64,000 nt of DNA from an uncultured Verrucomicrobia subdivision 3 bacterium (lineage in GTDB: Bacteria > Verrucomicrobiota > Verrucomicrobiia > Limisphaerales > UBA11358): the NCBI GenBank assembly GCA_903944085.1, contig CAJAQO010000321.1, positions 8,340 to 72,339 of the forward strand, written 5' to 3'. The translations under genes and the position numbers were made by a program. The notes under the pieces are model-generated. The model was not told the origin of the DNA. It did not search any database and was given only the letters and a program-made list of their open reading frames with translations. Positions 50,851-59,768 of this stretch are shown here, piece after piece (position 1 is the stretch's first letter; each line of letters begins with the position of its first letter).

Positions 50851-51870
50851 CTATTTCACCTTTTCGACTACATTTTTCAAACTCGGGTCGTTTTTGAGAG
50901 CCTGATCCACTTCCGGCATGGTATTCCGCAAATTGCTATCAATATAACCGATGGCTCTGAACGCCAATTCGCGAATAAAACGATCATCAATTGAATTGGC
51001 ATATTCGAGCATCTCCGGAATCATTGGCTGGGCATCTGTTCCGATGTGTTGAAGTGTCTCAATGGCCATCAGTTGCTTGAGACCATCCGGGCCTTTTAGT
51101 CCTGCGGTCAGTTCCTTGGAAATTTTTGAATCATTCACACCCTTATATTTTGCCAAAGCGCAGGCGGCCCCGAAACGGATGTCGGCGTTCTCAACATCCA
51201 ACAAGTTTTCCACAGATGTAATGAATGGCGCAACCGTGTCTGGATTTTGCCGAATTGTTTCTGCAATCGCTTCGGGTAGGTAGCGCTGCAAACTTTCATT
51301 GCCCGATATCCTTTCAAGCAAGTTTGGCACTCGCGAAATATTCGCATGGGCAATGTCCCGTTGTGCTACAGTGAAATTATTATGAGTTTGCACCAGTAAA
51401 TCTGCCAGGGCGGGAATGTCTTTCGGCTGAAATCCTATGGTTCTTAAAGACGACAATGCAAGGTAGCTTAATTCACTGTCGTTTCCGTTTAGAATTGGCC
51501 AAAGAAAGGGTGCTGCTTCAGGCGAAGCTTCTCCTCGCCAACCCGAGTTTGGCCGCGCGGTTACCCCAACCAAGCGCATCGCGGAGACCGCCTGTCTCCG
51601 AACTTCAGGGTTGGAATCACTGGCCGCTTTCTTAAGAATGGGGAAAGCAGCCGCGCGATTGGAGCCAAAATGTTCAATCGCGAGACGGCACTTTTCACCC
51701 GGATAACCCCAAGTCCCGGTTGCCGGCCTTTCGATATGCAAGGCCGCCTGCAATTCGGCGGCTGGCGTCAGATGACTTGAATGATAAGCGTAAATGCCAG
51801 CGCCGCCGCCAGCCACGCAGAGAATTGTAGCGGCCGTCACAACCGCCGTTTTTACTTTTGTCCATGCCAT
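50851..51870 (-). CDS. membrane-anchored HEAT-repeat protein (probable former anti-sigma/C-terminal part of the sigma locus)
   Basis: MAWTKVKTAVVTAATILCVAGGGAGIYAY forms a TM helix, followed by HEAT-like repeats (NPEVRRQAVSAMRLVG etc.). Confidence 0.6.
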   Translation of the reverse strand: MAWTKVKTAVVTAATILCVAGGGAGIYAYHSSHLTPAAELQAALHIERPATGTWGYPGEKCRLAIEHFGSNRAAAFPILKKAASDSNPEVRRQAVSAMRLVGVTARPNSGWRGEASPEAAPFLWPILNGNDSELSYLALSSLRTIGFQPKDIPALADLLVQTHNNFTVAQRDIAHANISRVPNLLERISGNESLQRYLPEAIAETIRQNPDTVAPFITSVENLLDVENADIRFGAACALAKYKGVNDSKISKELTAGLKGPDGLKQLMAIETLQHIGTDAQPMIPEMLEYANSIDDRFIRELAFRAIGYIDSNLRNTMPEVDQALKNDPSLKNVVEKVK

Positions 51871-52406
51871 AATTTTCAAAGCTCCTTTCACGAGGGTTAA
51901 AGTTGAAGTTCCTGCCGCCGTCCCTTTTTGCCGCAGCGACGATAGAGATTGTTTGCACCAATCCCGCCGGCGCGGCTTGCACGGAGTTGGCCGCCACCGC
52001 GCCGGCAATCACCGTGGCGGTCAGCGCAACGCCTCGCTGGCTGAAAAATTTACGCAGCTTATCCAGTGCGCGGGCGGTGCGCTTGTGGACGGCGGCTTCG
52101 TTGATGCCCAGCAGCGCCGCCGCTTCCGGTCCGCTTTTGTTTTCGTAAAAGCGCAGCGCCAGCAATGCGCGGTCAGCCGTTCCAAGAGAGGAAATGGCCT
52201 CGTCCAGCAATGGCTCAAGCTGCGACCAGACGACGGGCATGGATGCGTTCAATTCGGATTGCATATACGCCTCCTGTTCGCGCTGGGTCCGGCGGATGGC
52301 GCCGCGGCTGACCGGCAGGTCAGCCCTACCAGCGGAAGGTGCGGAAGTTTTCGCGCCGGAAATCTTTTTCGCCATGCCGCAGATTAGTGAAGCGCGGCGG
52401 CGGCAT
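51871..52406 (-). pseudogene. decayed ECF sigma-70 family factor (region 2 deleted, frameshifted into the HEAT ORF)
   Basis: An N-terminal remnant MPPPRFTNLRHGEKDFRRENFRTFRW* occupies 52406-52326. A different frame carries only region 4 (ADRALLALRFYENKSGPEAAALLGINEAAVHKRTARALDKLR) plus the ...NSVQAAPAGL tail. The reading frame continues into the HEAT ORF if one A of the A5 run (plus-strand T5 at 51925-51929) is removed. Confidence 0.6.
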
Positions 52407-52481
52407 CAATTCACCCTCCGCGCCGTCCCGGCCAAACCGCCGGCCGGTCACGCGCGCCGGTGTTTGAGAAACCCGCCGGCG

Positions 52482-52521
52482 TTGTCACGCAATTGTAACA
52501 TTGCTGACATATTCCTGTCAC
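52482..52521 (+). promoter_or_regulatory. Pho-box-like array (four 7-nt direct repeats on an 11-bp phase)
   Basis: TTGTCAC(52482) N4 TTGTAAC(52493) N4 CTGACAT(52504) N4 CTGTCAC(52515), with a further CTGTCCG at 52536. It lies 43 nt upstream of the porin start. Confidence 0.6.
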
Positions 52522-52563
52522 ACCGCGGCCACAATCTGTCCGCGTTTTGCGACACCACACATA

Positions 52564-53931
52564 ATGAAAACCTACAACACTAAAAATAAGACGAAACTCG
52601 CATTGTTTGCCGGAGCCACCGCGCTCGCGGCGTTCGCCCCCCAGGTCCACGCGCAATCCTCGGATGCGCTGATTGACAAGCTGGTGGAGAAGGGGATTCT
52701 CAGCGCCAACGAAGCCAAGGATCTCCGCGAAGAATCGGACAACGATTTCAAGACCGCGTTCCAAGCCAAGACCGGGATGCCCGACTGGGTGACGGGCTAC
52801 AGTTTCAACGGCAGTTTTCGCGGCCGGTTCGAGCAGTTTTCTGGCAACAACGCCACGGCGGTGGACAAGTCCCGCGAGCGCTATCGCCTGTTTTTAGGGG
52901 CGACCGTGAGCATGAAAGACGGTTTGGAAGCAGGCTTTCGCATCGGTTCCGGCGATACCAAGGGCAGTCTGGCCCAGGGAAATCCGTTGTCCCAGAACAG
53001 CACGATGGGGAACAACTGGAGCGACAAAGGCCTTTATGTGGATTTGGCCTATGGCAAATGGACGCCAATCAATGGCGGCGATTGGAAGCTGTCCTTCACG
53101 GTTGGCAAGATGGAAAGAGATGTGGTATTTGGCAACTCTACTTGGATGGTCATTGATCCAGATTTGACGCCTGAAGGCGCGGTGGTCCAGGCTGGTTATA
53201 CCATCAACAACAAGCATTCCATTACGTTTACTGGCGCAGGACTTGTGCTGGCGTCAGGCATAGGCGGCACTACCCGTCAACCTACGATGGGTGGCGGCCA
53301 GGTGTTATGGAATGCCAAATGGACGGAAAAATGGTCCAGCGTGTTGGGCGCCTCTGTGTTTGCCATTGTTAATCCCGAACAACTCTCCAATGCGAACGTA
53401 ACGCAAATCAACCAGGGCAATACGCGCAACCTCGCTACCGGCGCTCCGATGTATAATTTCACCCCCATCATCGGCGATGCCAGCGTCACCTACAAACTGG
53501 ATTCTTTCCCGCTTTATGACGGCGCTTTTCCCATCACCTTCAAAGGTGAAGTCATGAACAATCCGGGCGCACCCAATAACAACAATGGCTACTGGGTGGG
53601 TGTCATCCTAGGCAAGTCGGGAACCAAGCACACTTGGGATTTGACTTACCGTTACGAATATCTCGAATCTGACGCGTGGTATGACCAGCTCGAAGATGAC
53701 GACAATTCCGCCTATTACCAGGCCGCTCCGGCCGGCGGCGGCTCCGGTGGCTACATTGGCGGCACCAACATCAAGGGTCATTTCATAAAGCTGAACTATT
53801 CCTTAACCGACTCGCTCGTGGTCAGCGCCAGTTGCTATCTCAATGATCTGATCAACCCGACCGTTAATGGCACCAAAGAGCCGCAAAGCAGTGCCATGCA
53901 CTTCTTTGCTGACTTGATGTGGAAATTCTAA
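52564..53931 (+). CDS. outer-membrane porin, probably phosphate-selective (OprO/P-like)
   Basis: It has a signal peptide, an N-terminal coiled segment DALIDKLVEKGILSANEAKDL, and a barrel ending LMWKF. It is first in the pst cluster and follows the Pho boxes. Confidence 0.7.
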   Translation: MKTYNTKNKTKLALFAGATALAAFAPQVHAQSSDALIDKLVEKGILSANEAKDLREESDNDFKTAFQAKTGMPDWVTGYSFNGSFRGRFEQFSGNNATAVDKSRERYRLFLGATVSMKDGLEAGFRIGSGDTKGSLAQGNPLSQNSTMGNNWSDKGLYVDLAYGKWTPINGGDWKLSFTVGKMERDVVFGNSTWMVIDPDLTPEGAVVQAGYTINNKHSITFTGAGLVLASGIGGTTRQPTMGGGQVLWNAKWTEKWSSVLGASVFAIVNPEQLSNANVTQINQGNTRNLATGAPMYNFTPIIGDASVTYKLDSFPLYDGAFPITFKGEVMNNPGAPNNNNGYWVGVILGKSGTKHTWDLTYRYEYLESDAWYDQLEDDDNSAYYQAAPAGGGSGGYIGGTNIKGHFIKLNYSLTDSLVVSASCYLNDLINPTVNGTKEPQSSAMHFFADLMWKF

Positions 53932-53985
53932 ACGTCGCAAAATCGTAACGAGCAAAAACAAATCATTCCTGTCAAATTACCGAAT

Positions 53986-54837
53986 ATGAAAAAAATCATC
54001 CAATCCCTCTGCCTCGCCGTGGCGGCGGCTGGCATCAGCGCCTCCGCTTTTGCCGGCACCATCACCGTCAAAGGTTCGGACACGCTGGTCATCCTCGCGC
54101 AAAAGTGGGCGGAAGTTTACATGGGCCAACACAGCGACGTGAAAATCCAAGTCACCGGCGGGGGCACCGGCACCGGCTTTGCCGCGCTGCAAAGCCAGAC
54201 GACGGATTTGTGCGACGCCTCGCGCAAGGCGAAGGCTGCGGAAATCGCCAACTGCATCAAGGCTTTCGGCAAGCGGCCGACCGAATACAAGGTCGCGCTC
54301 GACGGCCTTTCCGTTTATGTGAACCCGGAAAACTCGCTGAAGGAATTGACCCTCGACCAGGTCGGCGACATCTTCACCGGCAAAATAAAAAACTGGAAGG
54401 AAGTTGGCGGACCGGATGCGCCCATCACAGTTTATAGCCGCGAAAACAGTTCCGGCACTTATGAGTTCTTCAAAGAACATGTTTTGAAAGGCCAGGATTT
54501 CGCCGCGAGCGCGCAAACGATGCCCGGCACGGCGGCCATTGTGCAGGCGGTCGTCAAAGATAAGAATGGCATCGGCTACGGCGGCGCCGCTTACGGCGGC
54601 GGCAGCAAGCTGCTCGCCATCAAAAAGGACGACGCTTCGCCGGCGATTGAACCGACCGAGGAAAATGTCGAAACCGGAACCTATCCCATTTGGCGACACC
54701 TTTACGTCTATGTGAATCCGGCTTTGGACAAAGGCGAAGTGGCCGCTTACCTCAACTGGATTCGCAGCGATGATGGCCAGAAATATGTGAAGGACATCGG
54801 CTATTACCCGCTGCCGAAAAACCTCCGCAGCAACTGA
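53986..54837 (+). CDS. pstS: phosphate ABC transporter substrate-binding protein
   Basis: GSDTL, TGGGTGTGFAAL and SRENSSGTYEFF motifs of the PstS/PBP-2 family. Confidence 0.9.
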   Translation: MKKIIQSLCLAVAAAGISASAFAGTITVKGSDTLVILAQKWAEVYMGQHSDVKIQVTGGGTGTGFAALQSQTTDLCDASRKAKAAEIANCIKAFGKRPTEYKVALDGLSVYVNPENSLKELTLDQVGDIFTGKIKNWKEVGGPDAPITVYSRENSSGTYEFFKEHVLKGQDFAASAQTMPGTAAIVQAVVKDKNGIGYGGAAYGGGSKLLAIKKDDASPAIEPTEENVETGTYPIWRHLYVYVNPALDKGEVAAYLNWIRSDDGQKYVKDIGYYPLPKNLRSN

Positions 54838-54933
54838 TTTGATCGGCGGTTCCTCCAACGATCACCGGTCGCGGGCGGACGTGGTTTCTCGGTTGAGATT
54901 CCCGCGCCGCCCGCGTAACTTTTCCGCCACCTG

Positions 54934-56121
54934 ATGCCATCGAGCCACAAAGAAACGCGCCGCACGCCGGGCTGGATGGGCATCCATCGCGGCCACAAGG
55001 CGCGTCCGCTGGAATGGCTCGCGGAAAAATTCATCTTCCTCGTCTCGCTTTCCACCATCCTGATGGTGTTTCTGATTTTCATCTTCGTCGCACGCGAAGC
55101 TCTGCCGGTCTTCTTCGGCCAGACGGACACCGCGCTAGTCTCCGCCGTCATCCCGCCCGCCGAGATGGACAAACATTCGCCGGCGGAACTGCAAAAATAT
55201 CTCGAACTCACGCCGGAGCAATTCAAGGCCATGGACAAAGACACGCTCAAGACTTTGATGGATGTGAAAGTCGAGGCGCAGAACGATATTCCTGAATCGT
55301 TCCGCAACAGCCGCGACGCGCGCCTCAACACGACCGAATGGCGCTACCTGCTGCTGCCGCATCAATGGGATGATTACAAAAAACCGGAATACATCTGGCA
55401 GCCCGTCGGCCAGATCAAAAAGTTCAACATCATCCCGCTGTTCGTCGGCACGCTGAAAATTACGTTGATCGGACTGCTGTTCGCCGTGCCGCTGGCGGTC
55501 GGCGCGGCGATTTACGTTTCGCAGCTCGCGCGCCCGCGATTCCGCGAGATTTTGAAACCAACGATTGAACTGCTGTCGGGAATTCCATCTGTTGTCGTCG
55601 GTTTTTTTGCGCTGCTGGTCATGGCGACGGTGTTGCAAAAAACTTTCGGCTATGAAACCCGGCTGAACGCCTTTGTCGCCGGCATCGCGCTCGGCTTCGC
55701 GGTCATCCCGATTATTTTTTCCATCGCCGAGGACGCGCTGACCAGTGTGCCGCGCGCCTACACGCAGGCCGCGCTCGCGCTCGGTGCCTCGCGCTGGCAG
55801 ACCGCGTGGCAAATTGTTTTGCCCGCCGCGCTGCCCGGAGTTTTCGCCGCCGCCGTGCTCGGTTTCGGCCGCGCCATCGGCGAAACGATGATCGTGCTGA
55901 TGGTTTGTTCCGCGAGCGTGATGTCGTGGAGCATTTTTGATTCGGCGCGCAGCATCACGACGACCATCGCCGCCGAAATGGCCGAGGCCGTCAACGGCGG
56001 GCCGCATTACCGCATCCTTTTCATGCTTGGCGCGCTGCTCTTCGCCGCGACGTTTGTTTCAAACATGATCGGTGATTTTGTCATCCATCGTTTCAAAAAC
56101 AAATTGGAGGGCAAGCGATGA
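54934..56121 (+). CDS. pstC: phosphate ABC transporter permease PstC (with a long periplasmic insert)
   Basis: Contains the EAA-loop region ALALGASRWQT..V.LPAALPG. The start is uncertain. Confidence 0.85.
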   Translation: MPSSHKETRRTPGWMGIHRGHKARPLEWLAEKFIFLVSLSTILMVFLIFIFVAREALPVFFGQTDTALVSAVIPPAEMDKHSPAELQKYLELTPEQFKAMDKDTLKTLMDVKVEAQNDIPESFRNSRDARLNTTEWRYLLLPHQWDDYKKPEYIWQPVGQIKKFNIIPLFVGTLKITLIGLLFAVPLAVGAAIYVSQLARPRFREILKPTIELLSGIPSVVVGFFALLVMATVLQKTFGYETRLNAFVAGIALGFAVIPIIFSIAEDALTSVPRAYTQAALALGASRWQTAWQIVLPAALPGVFAAAVLGFGRAIGETMIVLMVCSASVMSWSIFDSARSITTTIAAEMAEAVNGGPHYRILFMLGALLFAATFVSNMIGDFVIHRFKNKLEGKR

Positions 56122-57062
56122 ACAAAATTCAAGGCCGCCATTTTCGAGCGGAGAAATTTGATTTCTGGTCATTCTTTTTCTCCGGCCTGACCGGCTTGGC
56201 CACGCTGTTGATCCTCGGCATCCTGGCGACGATTTTAATCAACATCATCGCCAACGGTTGTCAGGGTTTCTCGTGGCATTTTGTCTCGACCATCCCGAAA
56301 AAAGATTTCTTCGACATCAAAACCACCGGCGTGCTGCCGATGATTGTCGGCACCACCTTTCGCGTTTTGGTGATGACGATTTTCGTCATTCCCGTCGGCG
56401 TGATCACCGCGATTTACTTGACGGAATACGCGCCGAGCAATTCCTTCATCACGCGCATCATCCGCGCTGCCGTCAACAATCTCGCCGGCGTCCCGTCCAT
56501 CGTCTTCGGTTTGTTTGGACTCGGCTTCTTCATTAATTTCATCGGCAAAAACCTTGATGTGCTGCTGCACAACTCCAGCGCCGTCTGGGGCCAGCCCGCG
56601 CTCATCTGGGCATCGCTGACGCTGGCCGTGATGACGGTGCCGGTCGTGATCGTGGCGACGGAAGAATCGTTGAAAGCCATTCCGCCGGGCCTGCGCGAAG
56701 CCAGCCTGGCGCTTGGCGCGACGAAGCTGGAAACCATTTTGAAAATTGTTTTGCCGCAGGCGCTGCCTGGCATCATGACCGGCGGGATTCTCGCCGTCAG
56801 CCGCGCCGCCGGCGAGGTCGCGCCGATCTTGTTCACCGGCGTCGCGTATTACATGGCGTCGCTGCCGACGCATTTGAGCGATCAGTTCATGGATTTGGGC
56901 TACCACGTTTTTGTGTTGTCCACGCAATCGCCAAACATCGAGCAGACGCGGCCCATTCTTTATGCGACCGTGCTGGTGCTGCTGGTGCTGACCTTTGCTT
57001 TGAACATCGTCGCGATTATCATCCGCTCCAACATCCGGCGCAAAATGCGTTCGCTGCACTGA
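56118..57062 (+). CDS. pstA: phosphate ABC transporter permease PstA
   Basis: [26 protein letters not shown], with a 4-nt overlap with pstC. Confidence 0.88.
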   Translation: MNKIQGRHFRAEKFDFWSFFFSGLTGLATLLILGILATILINIIANGCQGFSWHFVSTIPKKDFFDIKTTGVLPMIVGTTFRVLVMTIFVIPVGVITAIYLTEYAPSNSFITRIIRAAVNNLAGVPSIVFGLFGLGFFINFIGKNLDVLLHNSSAVWGQPALIWASLTLAVMTVPVVIVATEESLKAIPPGLREASLALGATKLETILKIVLPQALPGIMTGGILAVSRAAGEVAPILFTGVAYYMASLPTHLSDQFMDLGYHVFVLSTQSPNIEQTRPILYATVLVLLVLTFALNIVAIIIRSNIRRKMRSLH

Positions 57063-57067
57063 TTTTT

Positions 57068-57883
57068 ATGACCGAGATTTCCCTGCCCAGAATAGCGGTC
57101 GCCGACGCCGGCCCCAAAGCGGCGCCCAGCGCGCCGTTCATTGAGATCGAGTCGCTCTCGCTGTTTTACGGCGCGAGCAAGGCGCTCAAGAACATTTCCG
57201 TGACGCTGGGCGAGAAGGTGGTCACGGCGTTCATCGGCCCGTCCGGCTGCGGCAAATCCACTTTGCTCCGCTGCCTCAACCGCATGAACGATCTGATTGA
57301 CAGCGTCCGCATTGATGGCGCGGTCAAAATTGGCGGGCACGATATTTACGGCCCGGACGTGGACGTGATCGAACTCCGCAAGCGCGTCGGCATGGTGTTT
57401 CAAAAGTCGAATCCGTTTCCCAAATCCATCTACGAAAACGTCGCTTACGGCCTGCGCTTGCACGGCGTAAAAAACAAATCGGAGCTCGCCGCAGCGGTGG
57501 AGAAAAGTCTCCAGCAGTCCGCGCTGTGGGACGAGGTCAAGGACCGGCTGCATTCCAGCGCGCTGGGTTTGTCCGGCGGCCAGCAGCAACGGCTGTGCAT
57601 CGCCCGCGCCATCGCCATCCGGCCGGAAATCATTTTGATGGACGAGCCGGCCAGCGCGCTCGACCCGCTCGCCACCGCACGCATCGAGGAATTGATTTTG
57701 GAATTGAAAAAGGATTTCACCATCGTCATTGTCACGCACAACATGCAGCAAGCCGCGCGCATTTCGGATTTCACCGCCTTTTTCTACATCGGCGAACTGA
57801 TCGAATTTGACCACACCGCCAAGATATTTACCAATCCCGCGAAGAAACAGACGGAGGATTATGTGACCGGCCGGTTTGGTTGA
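57068..57883 (+). CDS. pstB: phosphate ABC transporter ATP-binding protein
   Basis: [34 protein letters not shown] and [10 protein letters not shown]. Confidence 0.95.
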   Translation: MTEISLPRIAVADAGPKAAPSAPFIEIESLSLFYGASKALKNISVTLGEKVVTAFIGPSGCGKSTLLRCLNRMNDLIDSVRIDGAVKIGGHDIYGPDVDVIELRKRVGMVFQKSNPFPKSIYENVAYGLRLHGVKNKSELAAAVEKSLQQSALWDEVKDRLHSSALGLSGGQQQRLCIARAIAIRPEIILMDEPASALDPLATARIEELILELKKDFTIVIVTHNMQQAARISDFTAFFYIGELIEFDHTAKIFTNPAKKQTEDYVTGRFG

Positions 57884-57898
57884 AAGCTCATCCTCAGG

Positions 57899-57941
57899 CT
57901 CATCGTCATCCTCATAAATCAAATTTGAGGATGAGGATGAG
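57899..57941. repeat. 16-bp-stem hairpin built from CTCATC/GAGGAT 6-nt units between pstB and phoU
   Basis: CTCATCGTCATCCTCA - 11-nt loop - TGAGGATGAGGATGAG, with 15 of 16 positions paired. No T-tract follows. Confidence 0.75.
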
Positions 57942-57958
57942 AACAATATAATTAAGCT

Positions 57959-58636
57959 ATGGAAAATCATTTTGAAATGGGTCTCGACGCGCTGCGGCAA
58001 AAGATTTTGCTGATGGCCAGCCGCGCCGAGACCGCCGTCAACGAGTCCGTGCAGGCGCTCGTCCAGCGCGATTACGATCTCGCCCTGCGCGTGCGCGAGG
58101 ATGACAACCTCATTGACCAGTTCGAGGTGGAGATTGATGAGATGGCCATTGTGCTGCTGACGAAAGCGCCGCTGGCCAGCAATCTCCGGCTCGTGACCGT
58201 GGCGATGAAAGTTTCGCAGAACCTCGAACGCATCGGCGACGAGGCCACCAAGATTGCCAAACGCGCCCGCGACCTGGCGCAGGAGCCGCCGGTGAAAATC
58301 AATCTGGATGTCAACCGCATGGCCGGTCTTTCCCTCGCGATGGTCAAGGAAGCGCTCGACGCGTTTGTCCACCGCGATTCCGCCGCCGCCCGCGCGCTCA
58401 TTCCGCGCGACAAGGAAGTGGACGCGCTCAACAAGGAAATCCACCAGCAGCTCGCGCAGCACATGATGGCCAACCCCGACACCATCGCCCGCTGTCTGCA
58501 TTGGATCGTTGCCAGCAAAAGCCTCGAACGCATCGCCGACCACGCGAAGAACATCGCCGAGGAAGTGGTCTTTCTCTGCGAGGCGCAGGACATCCGGCAC
58601 CCGGCGGCCAAGGCCGCCGGCAGCGCCCCCGGCTGA
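57959..58636 (+). CDS. phoU: phosphate signalling complex protein PhoU
   Basis: 225 aa with duplicated PhoU helices (E.IGD motifs: LERIGDEATKIA and LERIADHAKNIAE). Confidence 0.9.
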   Translation: MENHFEMGLDALRQKILLMASRAETAVNESVQALVQRDYDLALRVREDDNLIDQFEVEIDEMAIVLLTKAPLASNLRLVTVAMKVSQNLERIGDEATKIAKRARDLAQEPPVKINLDVNRMAGLSLAMVKEALDAFVHRDSAAARALIPRDKEVDALNKEIHQQLAQHMMANPDTIARCLHWIVASKSLERIADHAKNIAEEVVFLCEAQDIRHPAAKAAGSAPG

Positions 58637-58666
58637 AACCGGTGCCGCCTTGGTTCCGAACCAATG

Positions 58667-58709
58667 AAAAACCCGCGCGGCTCCGGCCGCGCGGGCTGAT
58701 TTTTTTTTC
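58667..58709. terminator. bidirectional rho-independent terminator
   Basis: aaaaa-CCCGCGCGGC-tccg-GCCGCGCGGG-ctga-ttttttttt, between convergent phoU and 58718..59674. Confidence 0.8.
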
Positions 58710-58717
58710 GCAGGTGG

Positions 58718-59674
58718 TTACGGCACTCCGACGCTGACCGCATCGCATGGCTGGCTTTCGCCCGTCGCATTGCGGGCGGTGACTGCCACGTTCACGTTCG
58801 CACCCGCCGGCAGGCTGTCGAAAGTGGCTTCCGCATCCTGGGTCAACTGCTCCGCCAGTTCCGTGCCATCCGCCGCGTTCGTCACCGTGAAGCGGTAGCC
58901 GGACGCGCGACGCGCGTCGTCGCAATGCACGAACAAGCTGCCCGAACCGGCAGGGCCCGGTATGACCACGAGATTTTGCGGCACATCCGGCGTGGAGGGA
59001 TGACCCGGCAGATCAAAGCCAAACGCCAGCCAGCGCGGATCATTGTCGTCGAGCAGTTGGCCGAGTTCCGCCAGCAGGCCGGACGCCCGCGCCCGCCCGG
59101 CATCAATGCCGTCCTGCAAGGCCGATTGCGCGTTGCCCGCGTCCGTGTTGCTCTGGTTGCTGGCTTTTTGCGCCGTGACGATGACGCCCGACGCGGCCTG
59201 GCACGCGGCGGCGGTGCAGGCGATGCCGTTGATATTGGCGACTTCCTTTGCCGGATTGGCCGCATAATAAGCGCTCAACAGCAGCAGCAGCGGCTGCGGA
59301 TGCGCCGGCACCGCGAGCGAGCCGCCCGTGAAACCGGCGGCGTTCCACGCGCTGTTCCATTGCGTGCCCAGCACCGGCTTGAGCGCGCCGATGCACGTCA
59401 TCGCCAGCGCGCGACCGTTGCTCTCGGCGGTGCGCAGGTCGGCGGTCATGGCCGCCTTGTTCGCCTTGGCCCCGTTCCACAGCGACTTCAAGCCCGGCAC
59501 GGCGGGCGGCACGCCGCCGGGACCGGCGGGCACACCGATGAGCGCCGTCAAATCCGTGCGGATGGCCGGGCCGGTATTTTGTTTGAGGCCGATGGCCGCG
59601 CCGTATTTGTCCGCCCCGTCGGCGGCATCTTCCAGCAGTTGCACCAGAGGATCGTATGATTCGGGGACTTGCAT
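58718..59674 (-). CDS. hypothetical protein, helical N-terminus plus FN3-like C-terminal sandwich (paralog B)
   Basis: 318 aa with no signal peptide. It carries the GGVPPAVPGL motif, and its 5' UTR resembles that of paralog A. Confidence 0.6.
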   Translation of the reverse strand: MQVPESYDPLVQLLEDAADGADKYGAAIGLKQNTGPAIRTDLTALIGVPAGPGGVPPAVPGLKSLWNGAKANKAAMTADLRTAESNGRALAMTCIGALKPVLGTQWNSAWNAAGFTGGSLAVPAHPQPLLLLLSAYYAANPAKEVANINGIACTAAACQAASGVIVTAQKASNQSNTDAGNAQSALQDGIDAGRARASGLLAELGQLLDDNDPRWLAFGFDLPGHPSTPDVPQNLVVIPGPAGSGSLFVHCDDARRASGYRFTVTNAADGTELAEQLTQDAEATFDSLPAGANVNVAVTARNATGESQPCDAVSVGVP

Positions 59675-59768
59675 GATGTTTGTTCCTTTCTTTGGTTGAT
59701 TGTGTGAAAATTTTTATTCCTCTTGAAATCCGGCGGCAACGTAAAATTGGCGAACCTTATTACATTTC

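Noticed and set aside
58650-58664. The palindrome TTGGTTCcGAACCAA after phoU as a relative of the array cores.
   Set aside because: It is a single occurrence with the half-site order reversed relative to GTCGAACGGTTCGAC. This is too little evidence to link them.
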